Source: Macrostomum lignano
Taxonomy: Eukaryota
DNA: 64,000 bases
Assembly (NCBI GenBank): GCA_002269645.1
Contig: NIVC01000304.1
Span: 1 to 64,000, forward strand
Direction of reading: 5' to 3'
Shown here piece after piece: positions 1-19,309 of the stretch (within the stretch, counting starts at the first letter, position 1; each line of letters opens with the position of its first letter). The translations under genes were made by a program, and so were the position numbers. A model generated the notes under the pieces. That model ran no database searches, was not told where the DNA came from, and worked only from the letters and a program-made list of their open reading frames with translations.

Positions 1-402
1 CACTGACTCACTAATCAGCATTATTCCTGTCGCGGGCATCCGTGACTGTGCCTGGCTTTAACTGGCATCAATTGGTCTTCGCCTTCTTCGCTAGCAAATT
101 TATTTAGACTGCTGGGAGCCTAGGAAGAGTGTTCAAGGAGGAATTCTTTGCCCATATTTGAGCTGAAGAAGGGCCTGATGAAGTCTTTCCTCTCCCAGCT
201 GAGAGACCAAATGCGACGGATCTCAATGCCTGTCCGTTGTCACGCAATGTGCACAATTTTCATTCACAGCTCTGCAGAGTGCATAAATTCCTGCACACTC
301 TGGGAATTAAAACCGCTGATGAAGTTATTGATAGTTATAGCTATTTATTCACAGTGAGAATTTCCTTTGAGAATGGAGTTGTTCGGTATAATTGGTGGTA
401 AT

Positions 403-545
403 ATCGCTTTGTCGCTTTGCACGGATGAATTTGCACGGGGTATATTTGGTGGTACTGTCGCTTTGTCGCTTTGCACGGATGAATTTGCACGGGGTATATT
501 TGGTGGTACTGTCGCTTTGTCGCTTTGCACGGATGAATTTGCGCG
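403..545. repeat. 54-bp tandem repeat, about 2.5 copies
   Basis: Unit tcgctttgtcgctttgcacggatgaatttgcacggggtatatttggtggtactg; the ORF track shows an 18-aa period. Confidence 0.9.
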
Positions 546-1520
546 GCCAAATTATTGAGATACAATTTGCGTTATATTTTAAATTTCAATTGGTTATTCT
601 CTTTTATTGAATCGGAGAAATCAGCCTCCATGCTACGAGCGTAGTCCTCCTGAACATTTTACAAAAACTTCCTTCAAATGAAAGTTCGCTTCCTAAATTC
701 CTGCCAAAAAGCTCCAGTTTTTCTCCCAGCCCCACACAGTTCTGTCTCCTAAAACCGGCATCTGCAATCTGGCTGACCCGATCTTCACAGACCAGCGCTT
801 CCACGCCGCTGCGACGATCCGTCACACACAAATGGACGGACGCGTCCGCGAAAGTCCAAGTTGTCAGAGTTTTTATCCAGCTAATTTCCTTTTCATCTCT
901 GCGCGTCTTGATTTTCCAATTATTCAGCCAATTTCATAAGACACCAGACAGGCAGGCTTTAGCTGGCTGGACAATTCGTTACTCGCGACAGCAATAGTTA
1001 CAAGATTCGCCAAGTCCCCCACACACTCAGGTGATAACTATGTTGGACCTGGCTAGTTAATCCAATCACAATCCAACGGATTTGTGTTATTTTCATGCGA
1101 AATCCCAGCTTTTTCAATAGTACGTATCTAAACCCCGGCTCAAGTGAAGAGAATGCATGTAGTAAGAGAAGTTTCTTTGCTCAAACGTTGGTAATTAGAT
1201 GCACCGGAGCTCGAGTGCTGCAGAAGCATAGGGATTTCCCTGTATCCCCTTCTGTCTGAGCGGCGGCAATCTTCACAAAGTCAATTTTCTGTTAAGCCTC
1301 CCCTGCCCTGACCAGCCGCAGTCGCTCACAGCACCGAAGCCGGGTGTCCCAGCGGCTTGCGGCTTAAGTCCCAATATGCTGCGCTTATTACTAGCAGTAA
1401 ATGGTTCAGTCTCAACCCATCGATAATGAAATTGTCTCCGCGGGCGAAGGAGTAGAAGAAGAATAAGAAAAAAATAACAAAAAACGGATTAGCTACGGCT
1501 GATCGATCTGAAAGTCGCGC

Positions 1521-2020
1521 CAGGCAGAGGCTGGGATGGGAACATGAAGCATGGGACATTGCAAGTGTGTCAAGCAGAGGCTGGGATGGGAACATGAAGC
1601 ATGGGACATTGCAAGTGAATCAAGCAGAGGCTGGGATGGGAACATGAAGCATGGGACATTGCAAGTGAATCAAGCAGAGGCTGGGATGGGAACATGAAGC
1701 ATGGGACATTGCAAGTGAATCAAGCAGAGGCTGGGATGGGAACATGAAGCATGGGACATTGCAAGTGTGTCAAGCAGAGGCTGGGATGGGAACATGAAGC
1801 ATGGGACATTGCAAGTGTGCCAAGCAGAGGCTGGGATGGGAACATGAAGCATGGGACATTGCAAGTGTGCCAAGCAGATGCTGGGATGGGAACATGAAGC
1901 ATGGGACATTGCAAGTGTGCCAGGCAGAGGCTGGGATGGGAACATGAAGCATGGGACATTGCAAGTGTGTCAAGCAGAGGCTGGGATGGAACATGAAGCA
2001 TGGGACATTGCAAGCGTGTC
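1521..2020. repeat. 50-bp minisatellite, 10 copies
   Basis: ca(a/g)gcagaggctgggatgggaacatgaagcatgggacattgcaagtg.. recurs every 50 nt from 1521 to 1971. Confidence 0.97.
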
Positions 2021-3038
2021 AAGCAAGTCATACGCCAAGCAAAGCGTAATGAGTATCGCATCGCATACAATCATTGGAGCTGCTTTTTAGTTGCTGCTTG
2101 ACCGCAACTTTGGCTGAACTGAACTCAGATAAATCCATGCAGATCACGCACTGGGAGCAGTGTGATACATAAAGTGCATTGCAGTCAGAGGCTTACACAG
2201 ATTCCCCCGTGCAGATTTCCAATACTAGCAGCGCTCACTGTTCACACCGCGGCGCGCTGCTTGGGTGGGTGGGGGATGTCTTTTTATCGGACCGCTGCAT
2301 CGCTATAGGCATGGGATGGGGATGGGATGGGGAGCGGAAAATGGGATAAGGGGACCGGGCGCGACAGGCAGCAAGCTGAGATGGAGGAAGACAAATCCTT
2401 CGCGAAATTGCACTGCACTTCCAGCTTCCCACAGCCGCGCTCTCCGTGGACTCTCTCCTGCAGACTCTTTTTTTTTCGTTTTCTCCGTCGATCTTAGCGG
2501 TCTCTGGTGGATTCGCCGCGCAGGCCAGCTCAGCCCAGAGCTGAACTCCGGCTTTGCTTGCTTTGCGCTGGGAGGAGGGGCGAAAATTGCCCGAACATTT
2601 GTCGGTTAAGCGTTTCTTCCTCGGGAATTTATTTTCTGCCATTTGTAGACAAAAAAGCCAAAAACTTGCTTGCGTCCGATGCTTTCAATAGCGATGCGTC
2701 TATAAGAGGCTGAGCAAGGCCAAGGAAATCAGTTCGATTAGCACATAGGTGACCGGCTTTAGGCACCTTGTATTTACATTGGAATATTATAACAATAAAT
2801 CATGACGCAATGATGAATGGCTGCAATGATCAAGCCACGGGCATACGGGAAGGCAATTACTAATAATTTAACGACAGGATTGAGGAATACCTGATTTTTT
2901 ACTCGATTAATTTTCCTTTTTTCATGTCGAGCTACAAACCGAAAATCTTATAAGTCTACTAAGCCATATTATTAACCAGCTACTCATAGTAATCTGGCTG
3001 ACATTTCAACTGAAAACTAATCCCCCTCCCTTCTGCAG

Positions 3039-3598
3039 GCTGCATTGTGACTGGCTTGGCCATACCGATCATTGGAAACAACTTCAACACCTACTACAAG
3101 TACATGCAGAACCACCTGAAGGAGACAAAGTACATGAAGATAATGCAGAAGGACAATCAGAGCCAGCAGTGCAGCGGCCGCTATGGCCAAGGCGGCAACA
3201 AGAAGTTCATCCAACGAAATCACGACATGGACGACAAAGCGATGAACGGCCTGATCAAGAAGAACCGGCAGCAGAACTTCTCCGCCAGGATGCCGCCGCC
3301 CATGGCCAGGCCGGCCACAACCGGCGGCTCCCCCCGAGACGTTGACAGCCCGGTGAAGACCGCCGCCACCGCGGCTGCTGAAGCCGCCCCAACGCCCGCA
3401 GTTGTCGAAGAGTCCGTGTCAGAGACAATAACAACGGTGGCAGTGGTTGAGGAGGCCAAGATCGCCACCATGGCCGCTGTCGAATCATCACCGACTCCGC
3501 CGCCACCCCCGCCGACGCCGCCGCCGCCGCCGCCGCCACAGTCGGCTCCGTGCGCAGTGGAAGAGTCGATGGTGGAAGAGCAGGAGCAGTTTGTGTAG
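3039..3598 (+). CDS. Terminal coding exon of a voltage-gated potassium channel alpha subunit (S6 end plus Pro-rich C-tail); upstream exons not seen in the window
   Basis: Branch-like ctaat plus ttctgcag acceptor at 3038, then (G)CIVTGLAIPIIGNNFNTYY resembling Kv S6 (P-x-I-x-x-N-F-x-x-Y-Y), then a low-complexity tail to TAG at 3598. Confidence 0.75.
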
Positions 3599-4862
3599 CA
3601 ATCAGCTGCACGCAGGTCTGTCAGTTAACGCGAACTGACCAACTTGCGACTTTGTTTTTTGAGCGGCAAAAGGCGAATCACCTTTAGAGTAATTGAGTCT
3701 GGTAAGCAACATCAACATTGATTCACCCCATGGGGCTTCTAACCGCCATAATAAGTGTTATAGTTAAGATATAATTGATGCGATACCGGTAGAGATGTTG
3801 TTTTACTGTCCTAATTAAAATAAACATTGTTGCTTAAGTGCATGTCAATCATACATAATAAAAGTACAAATTGCTTGAGTTGTGCAGGATTCTAATCGAT
3901 TCTGCGGCTTCATCTGTAACGAATTTATTTCGTGAGAGTCTCTCAGTCTTACTCCTATGTCTATGAGCTGTATTAATTCGAATCTCACTATCATGATGAG
4001 GCAGTACAAAGCTTTGCTTAGTTATTCTATTCCTACAGATGTAGACGTACTGCTGGCCCAGTTCCACAGAACTTTATTCTGACATGCTCTATATATAAAA
4101 TGATATAAACTACTCGTATTGCTATTTATTCCCGATTTTGCGCAACTTGCACCTGGTATAATTAGTGTAAATTTAATCATCTGAGCACAAGCGAATCATA
4201 AAATATCGTTTGAACTACGGTATTACTCATGAAGTTTTGTAGATCAGAAATCGTGATAGCTAGAACAACAGTGCTAGGATTATAACGCCATTGTTCTTTT
4301 CACCGATTTAAAAAAATTTTTAAACCCGGAAAATATTCACGAATGGCTGTATGTAATTTCGCGAAACGCAATTTTTCCGGGTTTTTTGGTTTTTTAATGG
4401 CATAATGCGAGCTGTCACTACATCGGAAATGTATTCTCTGAGTGTCTTATACAGAATATATTTTTCCTTGTCTGCAATGTACTATTACTATTCCTGTGCT
4501 GGTTTTTCACTAATTGAATCTCTATTGAATATTCATATGTGCAACTTAGCACACATGCATTAATCTTGTTTGTGTAAAACCATGCGTTTGGCCATCGTTA
4601 ATTAAAATCTTTACTTCCGTTAACGGAACGTAGCGTTAACGTACGAATGAAAAATGAATTTAAATTAATTTTTAACGCATATGTGTTCGTTAAAATTAAA
4701 AACATCTCTACGGTCAACCGTTAATAAGCGTCAACCCGTTAACGTTAACTTTTAGAGTCTTAATTTTCTATTTTACTAGTGCAGAAACTTGCTGTGCCTT
4801 CGTTGACTCATTACATTAGGTTACCAACTGATGATAACACAGTTCTGCTAATTAGTTTCAGC

Positions 4863-10800
<5,938 letters not shown>

Positions 10801-11539
10801 TACCTCAATGCCGCTTTGCTAATTATTGTAGATATGTTTTAAATCTGTTAATAATATCCGGATAAGTGGTGGCTTTTACTCCAGTCAGTTTACTTATAGT
10901 AGAGAAGTTTAGATATCAATGCTAGGATTATTTATGTCCCCCTCTCCCCCTCTCTGACTGACTGACAGAAAAGTGAATGTTCAATCTATCAATAAAAAGT
11001 GCAAGCTGTCACCACCGAGTGCCTTGTTTGTGGGGACTGGGGGGGGGGTTGTGCCTTTGGAAAGAAATAAAAAAACAATTCTTTTCTATCTGGCTCTCGG
11101 CTGATAATTTTAAGCAAAGCTGGTTTTTCGTGTGCATTTCTCTTATGTTGTTCGGACTTTAATCAGCTACGAGTATTATTGTCCCTATAGAAGTTCTCTA
11201 TAGCCGAGATTACAGAAGGCAAACCAACCTGTATCTGTGTAAAGTCCGTTTTGGCACGAACTCAGTATAGTGCACAAGGTGAAAAGGTACTGTGTTATCT
11301 GGGCTGTGCTGCCAATCTACATGCAGTGCACCAGAAGACATGGGTTTCCTTCCAGGGCAGGTTAGAACCAGGCGCAAAACAGACAATTCTTGACAGCTTA
11401 CACTTGCTGGTTCATCCCCTTTTGTTATGGATTGACGACCCAGGTACATTGTGAGGAAGATTGATGACCCAGGTAGCAGGGTTGGTATGGAGTCACACAG
11501 TCACACAGGAAGGGGAATTAACGGGGAGCATTGACGACC

Positions 11540-12050
11540 CATACAGGTAGCAGGAAGTAGCAGGATTGAGGACCCACACAGGTAGCAGGTAGTAGCAGGA
11601 TTGAGGACCCATACAGGTAGCAGGAAGTAGCAGGATTGAGGACCCATACAGGTAGCAGGAAGTAGCAGGATTGAGGACCCATACAGGTAGCAGGAAGTAG
11701 CAGGATTGAGGACCCATACGGGTAGCAGGAAGTAGCAGGATTGGGGGAACATATGGGTAGCAGGAAGTAGCAGGATTGAGGGAACATATGGGTAGTAGGA
11801 AGTAGCAGGATTGAGGGAACATATGGGTAGTAGGAAGTAGCAGGATTGAGGGAACATATGGGTAGTAGGAAGTAGCAGGATTGAGGGAAAATATGGGTAG
11901 CAGGAAGTAGCAGGATTGAGGAACCATACGGCTAGCAGGAAGTAGCAGGATTGAGGACCCATACGGGTAGCAGGAAGTAGCAGGATTGAGGGAACATATG
12001 GGTAGCAGGAAGTAGCAGGATTGAGGAACCATACGGCTAGCAGGAAGTAG
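11540..12050. repeat. 35-bp minisatellite, about 15 copies, between the SLC6 and SLC15-like genes
   Basis: Unit caggtagcaggaagtagcaggattgaggacccata. Confidence 0.95.
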
Positions 12051-12902
12051 TGGGGGCAAACTGGGGTAGATGGTCGTGATGCGTATGTTACTAAGAATAA
12101 AGCATAGCAGACAACTATTTCAAGCCCCACAAGAAAGCATCACACAGTAATCTCACCTATTTTCGAAAGTCACCAGCGGCAACAGCAAGAAATATTTGCT
12201 CGACTTTAATTAATAAACGAAGCAACAGTTGCGGAAAAGATTGGTGCCGACCCAGCGCGACTTTAAATCCAGCAGTGTTCAAGCGACGAATTGGAAGCGA
12301 GCGGCCAAGGCCGGAGATTAGGAACCAGTTTGAGCCGGAGATTCAAGCCCTGTTTCTCACCACTTTGTCAAAACTGGCACGCTCAACGCATTGTGTCCAC
12401 TGGCTTGGCTTATCTGAAGATTGGCCAAGCTTTGACTCAGAATTTCGGAATTGACGCAGTACATGTTGTACTCGTACAACCTCAGTTTCGTTCTACGTGT
12501 TGATTAAAATTTGGCGTTTGCAACAGAACTGAACTTGAAATTCGTGGTAGCAAATGATCTCTCACCAGTAAACAGCCCAGCAACGTCCTTAAATTTATAT
12601 TTATTGGGAACGTTAGCTAGAAAATTACCTAGACAAGAGACATCGCGGGTAATGCATGCAAACCGTGGATTTTTCAAGATTGACGCAATAATTTTTACGG
12701 CCTTCAGCTCGTTATTTTACGTGATTATTTAATAAGATTATTGGTAGGAATTAATTAGTAGGAACATTAAATATTAAGTAGGAACATTATTTAGGCCCAC
12801 AATTAGTATTGCATTTTGCAAATCGCTGTCAGATAGTGCAAATACTAGCTAGTTTAGCAAGAGTTAAACTATACTACTCATAGTAGGCCAAACGAAGCAT
12901 AA

Positions 12903-14339
12903 TCAACGATTAGAGGCGGCCTGGATGTTCACCAGGAATCGGAGAGCATTTTTTGACGAGAATTTGAAAAACAGCAGCGCCAGCAGCAGAGCGATGCCCA
13001 GAGCAAGGCGCATGTAGGCGGTCCCCAGACCGTGAAATATTTCCTGCTCGTTCGTTGCAGCTTGGTAACCCAGAAGTATGATGACGGTAGTGAAGAACCC
13101 AGAGCCTCTCAAAGACATGAAAAGTCCAATCATGAAAGTTCGAATTTCGGCCGGCGCAATTTTGAAGGCGATTTCGTTGACAGATACAAATATCAGCGCC
13201 TCGGATGCAGCACCGATGACGCTCTGACTGCCAAAGATGTACCGCAGCGTTCGTATATCTGGTGGATTTGTGTGACTTTTTTCTACCGATTTTAAGTAGA
13301 AGATAATACCGGATTCGATGAACATATTCCCGGCTGCAACTGCGATGCCCAGAGCAATGCGAAAGAAGCGCGACTTGAAAGTTGGACTGTACCGAACTGC
13401 CAGTGCCTGAGCGGCCACGAATAGAAGCAGACTGACTGACCAGACCAACAGCAGCAGGTCGCGATTCGTCATCAGGTCCTGTAGAGTTTTCTGCTTAGCT
13501 AGATGGGTAATCTCCCAGCCATTGATAGTGAACGAGTTCAGCATGAGGACGCAGGATGACAGAATGATCGGCCAGATCACGATGAGGATGCGCCGAGTTC
13601 GCGGCCAATAGGGCAGGCGAACTAGGCCGGGATTCCAGCCCGCGCGCACCGTGTGCGTCAGGGCGATGGTCAGACAAATCATGGTGTACGTGCTGCACAC
13701 GCATGACAGGGTCAACGGCTCCTCTCTGAGGTCAGTAGCGTACGCCAAAAAGCAGCCAATCACTTCGCCGATGGCTTCAAAAGCGTAGTACAGATGACAA
13801 ACTCCGATTGTGCCCATCATTGGCTGACCTATTTCGTAGGTTAAAGTCATCAGACTGGGCCGGACTAGGCCGGAGCCCAGAGCCAGGGCCGCCTGACAAA
13901 TGAACTTGCACGTGGCGTTGCAGGCGGAGGGCACGTAGATCATGCTTACGATGAGCATAGCGCCCAGCGAGTACACGGTGAAGCCAGTCTGCAGCACACG
14001 CAGGCATCCGCAGTGCCAGTCAGCAGCTACTCCACCTAGCACTGGCAGTAGGAAGGCCAGTCCTAGTAGCGTTTGATCCTTCCAGCTTTCAAACAGATTT
14101 TCTATGTTGTAATTATTATCCCCAAGGATGCCGCAGTAGTCCAGCGCCTGCGAGTGATTTGGCCGGCTGTTCATCACATCGGCGACGTATTCGTAGAATG
14201 TGCACCTTTCCAGCGCGCAGATGATTAAAAGAAGCGCTAAATTTAGCAGCTTGATGCATCCGGTGTAGGCAGTAGCTGCGGGTCTCTCTTGCCGGATTAA
14301 CATTGTCGCTTCATCCATTTCCTCTGTGTGTTCCGACAT
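12903..14339 (-). CDS. Intronless MFS transporter, divergent SLC15/POT (PTR2) family-like, 478 aa
   Basis: Open 478-aa ORF with many hydrophobic segments; TM1 ALERCTFY resembles the ExxERFxYY motif; GGVAADWHCG resembles MFS motif A; late EIAFKIAPAEIRTFMIGLF resembles the POT E..Y..AP..MKS segment. Confidence 0.8.
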   Translation of the reverse strand: MSEHTEEMDEATMLIRQERPAATAYTGCIKLLNLALLLIICALERCTFYEYVADVMNSRPNHSQALDYCGILGDNNYNIENLFESWKDQTLLGLAFLLPVLGGVAADWHCGCLRVLQTGFTVYSLGAMLIVSMIYVPSACNATCKFICQAALALGSGLVRPSLMTLTYEIGQPMMGTIGVCHLYYAFEAIGEVIGCFLAYATDLREEPLTLSCVCSTYTMICLTIALTHTVRAGWNPGLVRLPYWPRTRRILIVIWPIILSSCVLMLNSFTINGWEITHLAKQKTLQDLMTNRDLLLLVWSVSLLLFVAAQALAVRYSPTFKSRFFRIALGIAVAAGNMFIESGIIFYLKSVEKSHTNPPDIRTLRYIFGSQSVIGAASEALIFVSVNEIAFKIAPAEIRTFMIGLFMSLRGSGFFTTVIILLGYQAATNEQEIFHGLGTAYMRLALGIALLLALLFFKFSSKNALRFLVNIQAASNR

Positions 14340-14796
14340 ATCGTATCGATTAATGCTGCCTGCAGCCTTGGGGTTTTCTTATAATTGAAACTGTAATTAC
14401 GAGAAAAAATATAGCCGCCTTTTTTCTCTATGAAAAGGCGTATTTTAATGATGCTACGAGCTTTATAGTTTACAGCAGTGAATACTTTTACGGTCAGGAC
14501 GCGGGAGTAATTTAAATACAGATCACCCTGCAGTGAACTTGCACGCAAATTTTACTGCAGCTTGCATGTTCGTACAAAATAACGAAGCAATGCAAATGTA
14601 AACTAATGTTGGATTATTCCTTGTGTTTGGCATTCGCCAGAATCTACCTACCTGATACGATCGTTTGTTTTATACTATATCTAAAAACGGACAAACTCAA
14701 GTCAAAAGCTTGTTTATGTGCACGTACGTGATGTATATGCATAATTGCACATGTATACTGCACTGGTAAACATGCATCTACAATCTACGTGCACAT

Positions 14797-15003
14797 CACG
14801 TAGAACAATTCGACGTCGGCGACGTTGGCCACATTTCCGACGTCTATCCATGTATTTTGACATACTTTGCACTAACGTCTAGCCGACATAAGACGTCATT
14901 TGTCGGCACAGTGTAAAAATTCGGCGGCCATTTTGGGCGACGCCCATCGACGTCGGGTAGGTAGGGTACGCGTCAGCGGACGTCGAAATTAATGTTGTAC
15001 GGG
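14797..15003. mobile_element. Small MITE-like element with degenerate terminal inverted repeats
   Basis: cacgtagaacaattcgacgtc on the left versus gacgtcgaaattaatgttgtacggg on the right; internal gacgtc repeats. Confidence 0.4.
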
Positions 15004-15004
15004 C

Positions 15005-16055
15005 ATGATATATTGCGGCGCAGATCCTGGCTCTTCGCCGAGTCATCGAGGAGGCGCGGATTCGCCAGTCGATCCTGATTCTAATCTTTATTGATTTCAA
15101 GAAGGCATTCGACTCGGTTGTCAGAGCCGTGCTTCCAATGGTGCTCCGCGCGTACAACGTGCCTAAGCAGCTGATCTCCGCCATCATGGCGATGTACCGT
15201 GATACGACAGCTGCTGTGACAACACCGGACGGCCTATCGGACTCCTTTGAGACATCCTCCGGAGTACGTTCCTATTCCGCCGTTCCTGTTCCGCCTGGTA
15301 CTTGACTGAGTGCTGCGGACTGCTCTTCCTACCGACGACGACGGTTTTCTGCTGCGGCGACGCGTGGGTCGACGTCAACCGGAGGAGCGGCTCAGCGTGC
15401 TTGGCTACGCCGACGACCTCGCCCTGCTGTCCTCGACCGTCGAGGGCGCCCAACGGCAGCTGGACAGGCTAGTTGCCGTTGCGGCGAGTGTCGGCCTGGT
15501 GGTCAACACGCAGAAGACCGTTGTGCTCTGCGTGCCGGACGACATCGAGGCTGCAATATTCTGCCGAGGCGCTGACGGGCAGGCGACCGAACTCCCGCGA
15601 TGTCAGCAGTTCGTCTACCTCGGCGGTCTGGTTCCAGACGCTCGCGAAGACCTGCGACGCCGCCGCGGGCTTGCCTGGGCTGCCTTTCGTTCTGTGAGGG
15701 CAGTCCTGCAGTCCGAGGCCCTACCGGACCGCCAGAGGGCGGCGCTGTTCCAGGCGGTAATCGAGACCGTCCTGCTGTACAACGTCGAGACCTGGACGCT
15801 GACGGACTCACTCGAACAGCAGGTCGATGCGGCGCACGCTGGCCTGCTGCGCGCCGCCTTCAACATCGGCGTCGAGCGAGTCAACAATAGTCGCCGCGCT
15901 GGCCTGCCACGTCCAAGTGATCTACTGCGCCGTCGGCGACTCCAGCTCGCAGGCCATCTCATCCGCGCCGAGTCGTACTGCCCACAGCCGGTGCAGGAGG
16001 TGCTGCTGCTCACGCTGCAGGCACCCTACCGGCGAGGTCAAGCGCGAACTCGGCG
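15005..16055 (+). pseudogene. RTE-clade LINE reverse transcriptase fragment, truncated and disrupted
   Basis: QILALRRVIEEARIRQ..IFIDFKKAFDSV..LRAYNVP (15020-15265); the QGD motif region is damaged, with an in-frame TGA at about 15306; then LGYADDLALLS, FVYLGG, VLLYNVETWTLT, RRRRLQLAGH. Confidence 0.92.
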
Positions 16056-16616
16056 TGCATGGAAAATTAGCCGACAATGCTTTCAAACGAGCCCCCAACT
16101 TTTTTCACCATGATTTGGCTTGTTTCGCGTCCCGGTAGTGTTAGTTGTCCCTGATTCCTACGTTTCAATTACTTTGAGAATCGTGTTGTCAACGCTCATT
16201 TTGGCGCCGCAGGCACTCATTTTGGCGCCGCAGGCACTCATTTTAGCGCCGCAGGCACTCATTTTAGCGCCGCAGGCACTCATTTTAGCGCCACAGGCAC
16301 TCATTTTAGCGCCGCAGGCACTCATTTTAGCGCCACAGGCACTCATTTTAGCGCCACAGGCACTCATTTTAGCGCCACAGGCACTCATTTTAGCGCCGCA
16401 GGCACTCATTTTGGCGCCGAAGGCGCCATATTTTCTTCGCGCTATTTTAAGGCGAAGAAAAATTATTGATTATCACAATTTGGGTCACAATTAGTGGGGT
16501 GGGGGGGGGACAAAGCATTGGCATGTCCCCCCATAGCTTTTACTATCAGGGGGACATATCCGGGGGTATGTCCCCCTGTCCGTCCGTCCCCCCCTCCTGG
16601 TGGCGACGCGCCATGC
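16056..16616. mobile_element. Probable non-autonomous DNA-transposon remnant carrying a 21-bp array
   Basis: Begins GCATGG, ends CCATGC; gcgccgaaggcgcc and G/C-run motifs typical of hAT-like non-autonomous elements; no TSD seen. Confidence 0.35.
16196..16420. repeat. 21-bp minisatellite, about 10 copies
   Basis: Unit ctcatttt(a/g)gcgcc(g/a)caggca. Confidence 0.95.
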
Positions 16617-19309
16617 CTTCTGCTGACGATTTTAAAGTATAACTAGCAATCTAGTGCCCTCCTTCGGGGCGCCCAAAAGAGCAAGGAGAAAAATTCTTCA
16701 TGCAAATCCATTAAAAAAGCACCAATTCTTAAGAACCAATTCCTCCTCTTTAGTTTTATAATAAATCACCTCATTCGGGTAAAATTGTCACAGAAGACAA
16801 ATAAAGATGTTTACTAGAATCGAAATAAAGCCTTCACAAAGAGCAGTACATATCGAGTAGTAGTTAGAGTATATTCTGTGGACATTCCCCCCCCCCCTCA
16901 ATAGAAAGCATCCCCAGATCGCAAGCATCCCCCAAAAAGCAAGCATGCAGAAATGAAAATTTTCGGCGCATCGAAAGATGTGGACATGTAAAACTATTTT
17001 TTTTCATTTTTTATACTTTTATTTTGTTGGTCTAACACCTATGGGCATTTATATATACATGCACGGTTGCATCCTTATTGACAAATAGAGCCTCTAAGGT
17101 AAAATATACCCCATTTCATTGTACAATAATCAGAATCTTTTGTCAGCTCAAATGCATTCAGTTCGTTGCTTATCAACACGGAGTTCTGTATATAAATTAA
17201 AACTTTAATTGTATGCAGCGATGGTTTATTTACCTTTTCGATATCTCATTGTCGTCGTTATCAAAGTTGTCTAAGCAACATATGCTGTAATGGCATTTAG
17301 AGCAATAAACATTCTGAATAGGCCCAAGGCGACCGAAATTGCGATAATTGGGACTTGATTGCAAGTTGGCGTGCAGATCTTGCGCACGTATTGAACAATT
17401 GCTTGCAAGTGAATTGTAATTTTTGCAATTGGCTTACAATTGAATTGCAATTATCACAATATTATTTTGAAAAGTTACTTTAATAAGATATTAGAATGAT
17501 TTTAGCATAGTCATGATTTTTTTACAATTTAATGTGCATCTAAACAACACATTTATTTATAAAAGGAAGAAATAAAGAAATGAAGTGAGTGACAATTTTT
17601 CTAAGTAAATTTACATTTTATTCTACTATTAGTAATGATAGTAGAGTACATTTATAATTATAAAGCGTGCAATTAGCTTGCGCAAGTGACTTGCAATATT
17701 CACAATAGGCAGTAAGTGGCTTGCAATTAAGTCAATAATTGCAAGCAGATTGCAATCTGCAGTCGCGATTCCTGCGCAATCCGGGCATCTGGGGTTGCAA
17801 CGTATAAATGTATTTTACTTCGAAATATACATGTACATTTTATTTGCAAAAAAACACAGACAAAAATTTTGAGAAACTTCGAAAAATTATAGATTTCTTT
17901 TAATCCACCACCCGAGGAAACGTAAATGCAATTTCGTCATATATGCATCGTAAATCGCGATTATTAACTCTTAGAAAAATCTGAAATATATTTCTCTAGA
18001 GGTGTATTAAAATAAACGAGATATACTAATAGATAAAAGGCACAATATTTCCTTCAATGTATCAATTTTTGTTTTATCTTGTACTTTTTAAACGAAAAAT
18101 GCGAGTTTTAAAGTTGACCACAGACAGTTCAAGTCAAGAGAAATTTTTTGTGCAATACAGCCTCGGATTGCATCATTTGGTGTAACTGCGAGAATTTGAT
18201 TGCGGTATAATTAATTTTGAATTTTATTTTATAGCAAAAAATGGACGGTTTATTATACTTCTCATTTTTAGATTTTCTACTACTCTCAAAGCCAAGAGAT
18301 TGTCAAGAAGTCTCGTCAAGAAACGAGTAATGCTTAGGCCTACAAGACGAGATGCAGCTTCTCGGCTTAAGTCAAGACATTATTCATAGAAAGCTTGATA
18401 ATATTTGAATGGCTAGAACATCCCTTTGCCTTGAAAAAACCCTTTTTGGATTTTTTGAGTTTTGTTTGCTATGATTTAAATGAAAAAGTGCTAGACTGCT
18501 TGACATATTACAAAACCTAAGAGTAGGCCTACAGCTACAGTTTTGCCATCTTAATTGTCATCGATAATTTTATTAATTTATATTCATTACCATTATTAAT
18601 AATACTTTTAATCTCTAATATCTAAATCTATCTCTAAAATTGATTGATATTTCATAGTCATAGGTGCCATGCCAATCTATATCTGTATACTAGCTTAGCT
18701 TAGTCTAGTGATGTTAAGAATTATTAAGTTCCATTGGCATTTGTTAAATTGTTTTTATTCCAGGAAATTAAACTGGGACTTATAAACTATTTTAAGTAAG
18801 AATACTGCTACTTTTAAAAGATTTCTATACTAGAAAACCTGAAACAGTGAAAGTTACATATTACATTTAAAAAATGAACTTCTCCATCTTTTATATACTT
18901 AACACTAACTCTTCTATGTGATTAATATAAAGTGCATACTAGCCTAGGTATATATGCAACATGCACACTATTTTCTTAAAATTAATATATGCTAATTTAA
19001 CTATGCATATTTAACTTTTGGCATATTAGGCCAATGCATACCTAAATTTTTGGGTATATATTATATGATCTAGAGTATGGCTAGCATTGGCCATACTATA
19101 GCATAGTTCAGAACATTCTCTATGTAATGTACCCCAGAAAAAATGACCTATTTTTTGGTATATACCTTACATGCGCAATATTGGAAATCACCTCTGGCTG
19201 TCTCTATTGGCAATACACCCAGACTCTAGAAGGTTATATGTATGCCAGAATTTTCTGGCATACAAATGACCTCTTTCAAAGTTGGTGTACAAATTGTGGT
19301 ATACAAATT

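Noticed and set aside
604-900. 75-aa minus-strand ORF and neighbouring repeat-like sequence
   Set aside because: No recognisable domain, splice sites or termini
11493-12130. Long ORFs (188 and 209 aa) over the 35-bp array
   Set aside because: Translations are simple readouts of the tandem repeat, with no splice context or domain
12903-14339. Horizontal transfer of the intronless SLC15-like gene (and likewise the intronless SOD)
   Set aside because: Lack of introns alone is not evidence; the ZMIZ exons are also large, and the SOD motifs look eukaryotic. A phylogeny would be needed
16908-17800. Possible element bounded by gcatccccagatcgc / gcatctggggttgc with internal ttgcaa motifs
   Set aside because: The inverted match is short and imperfect and no TSD is visible
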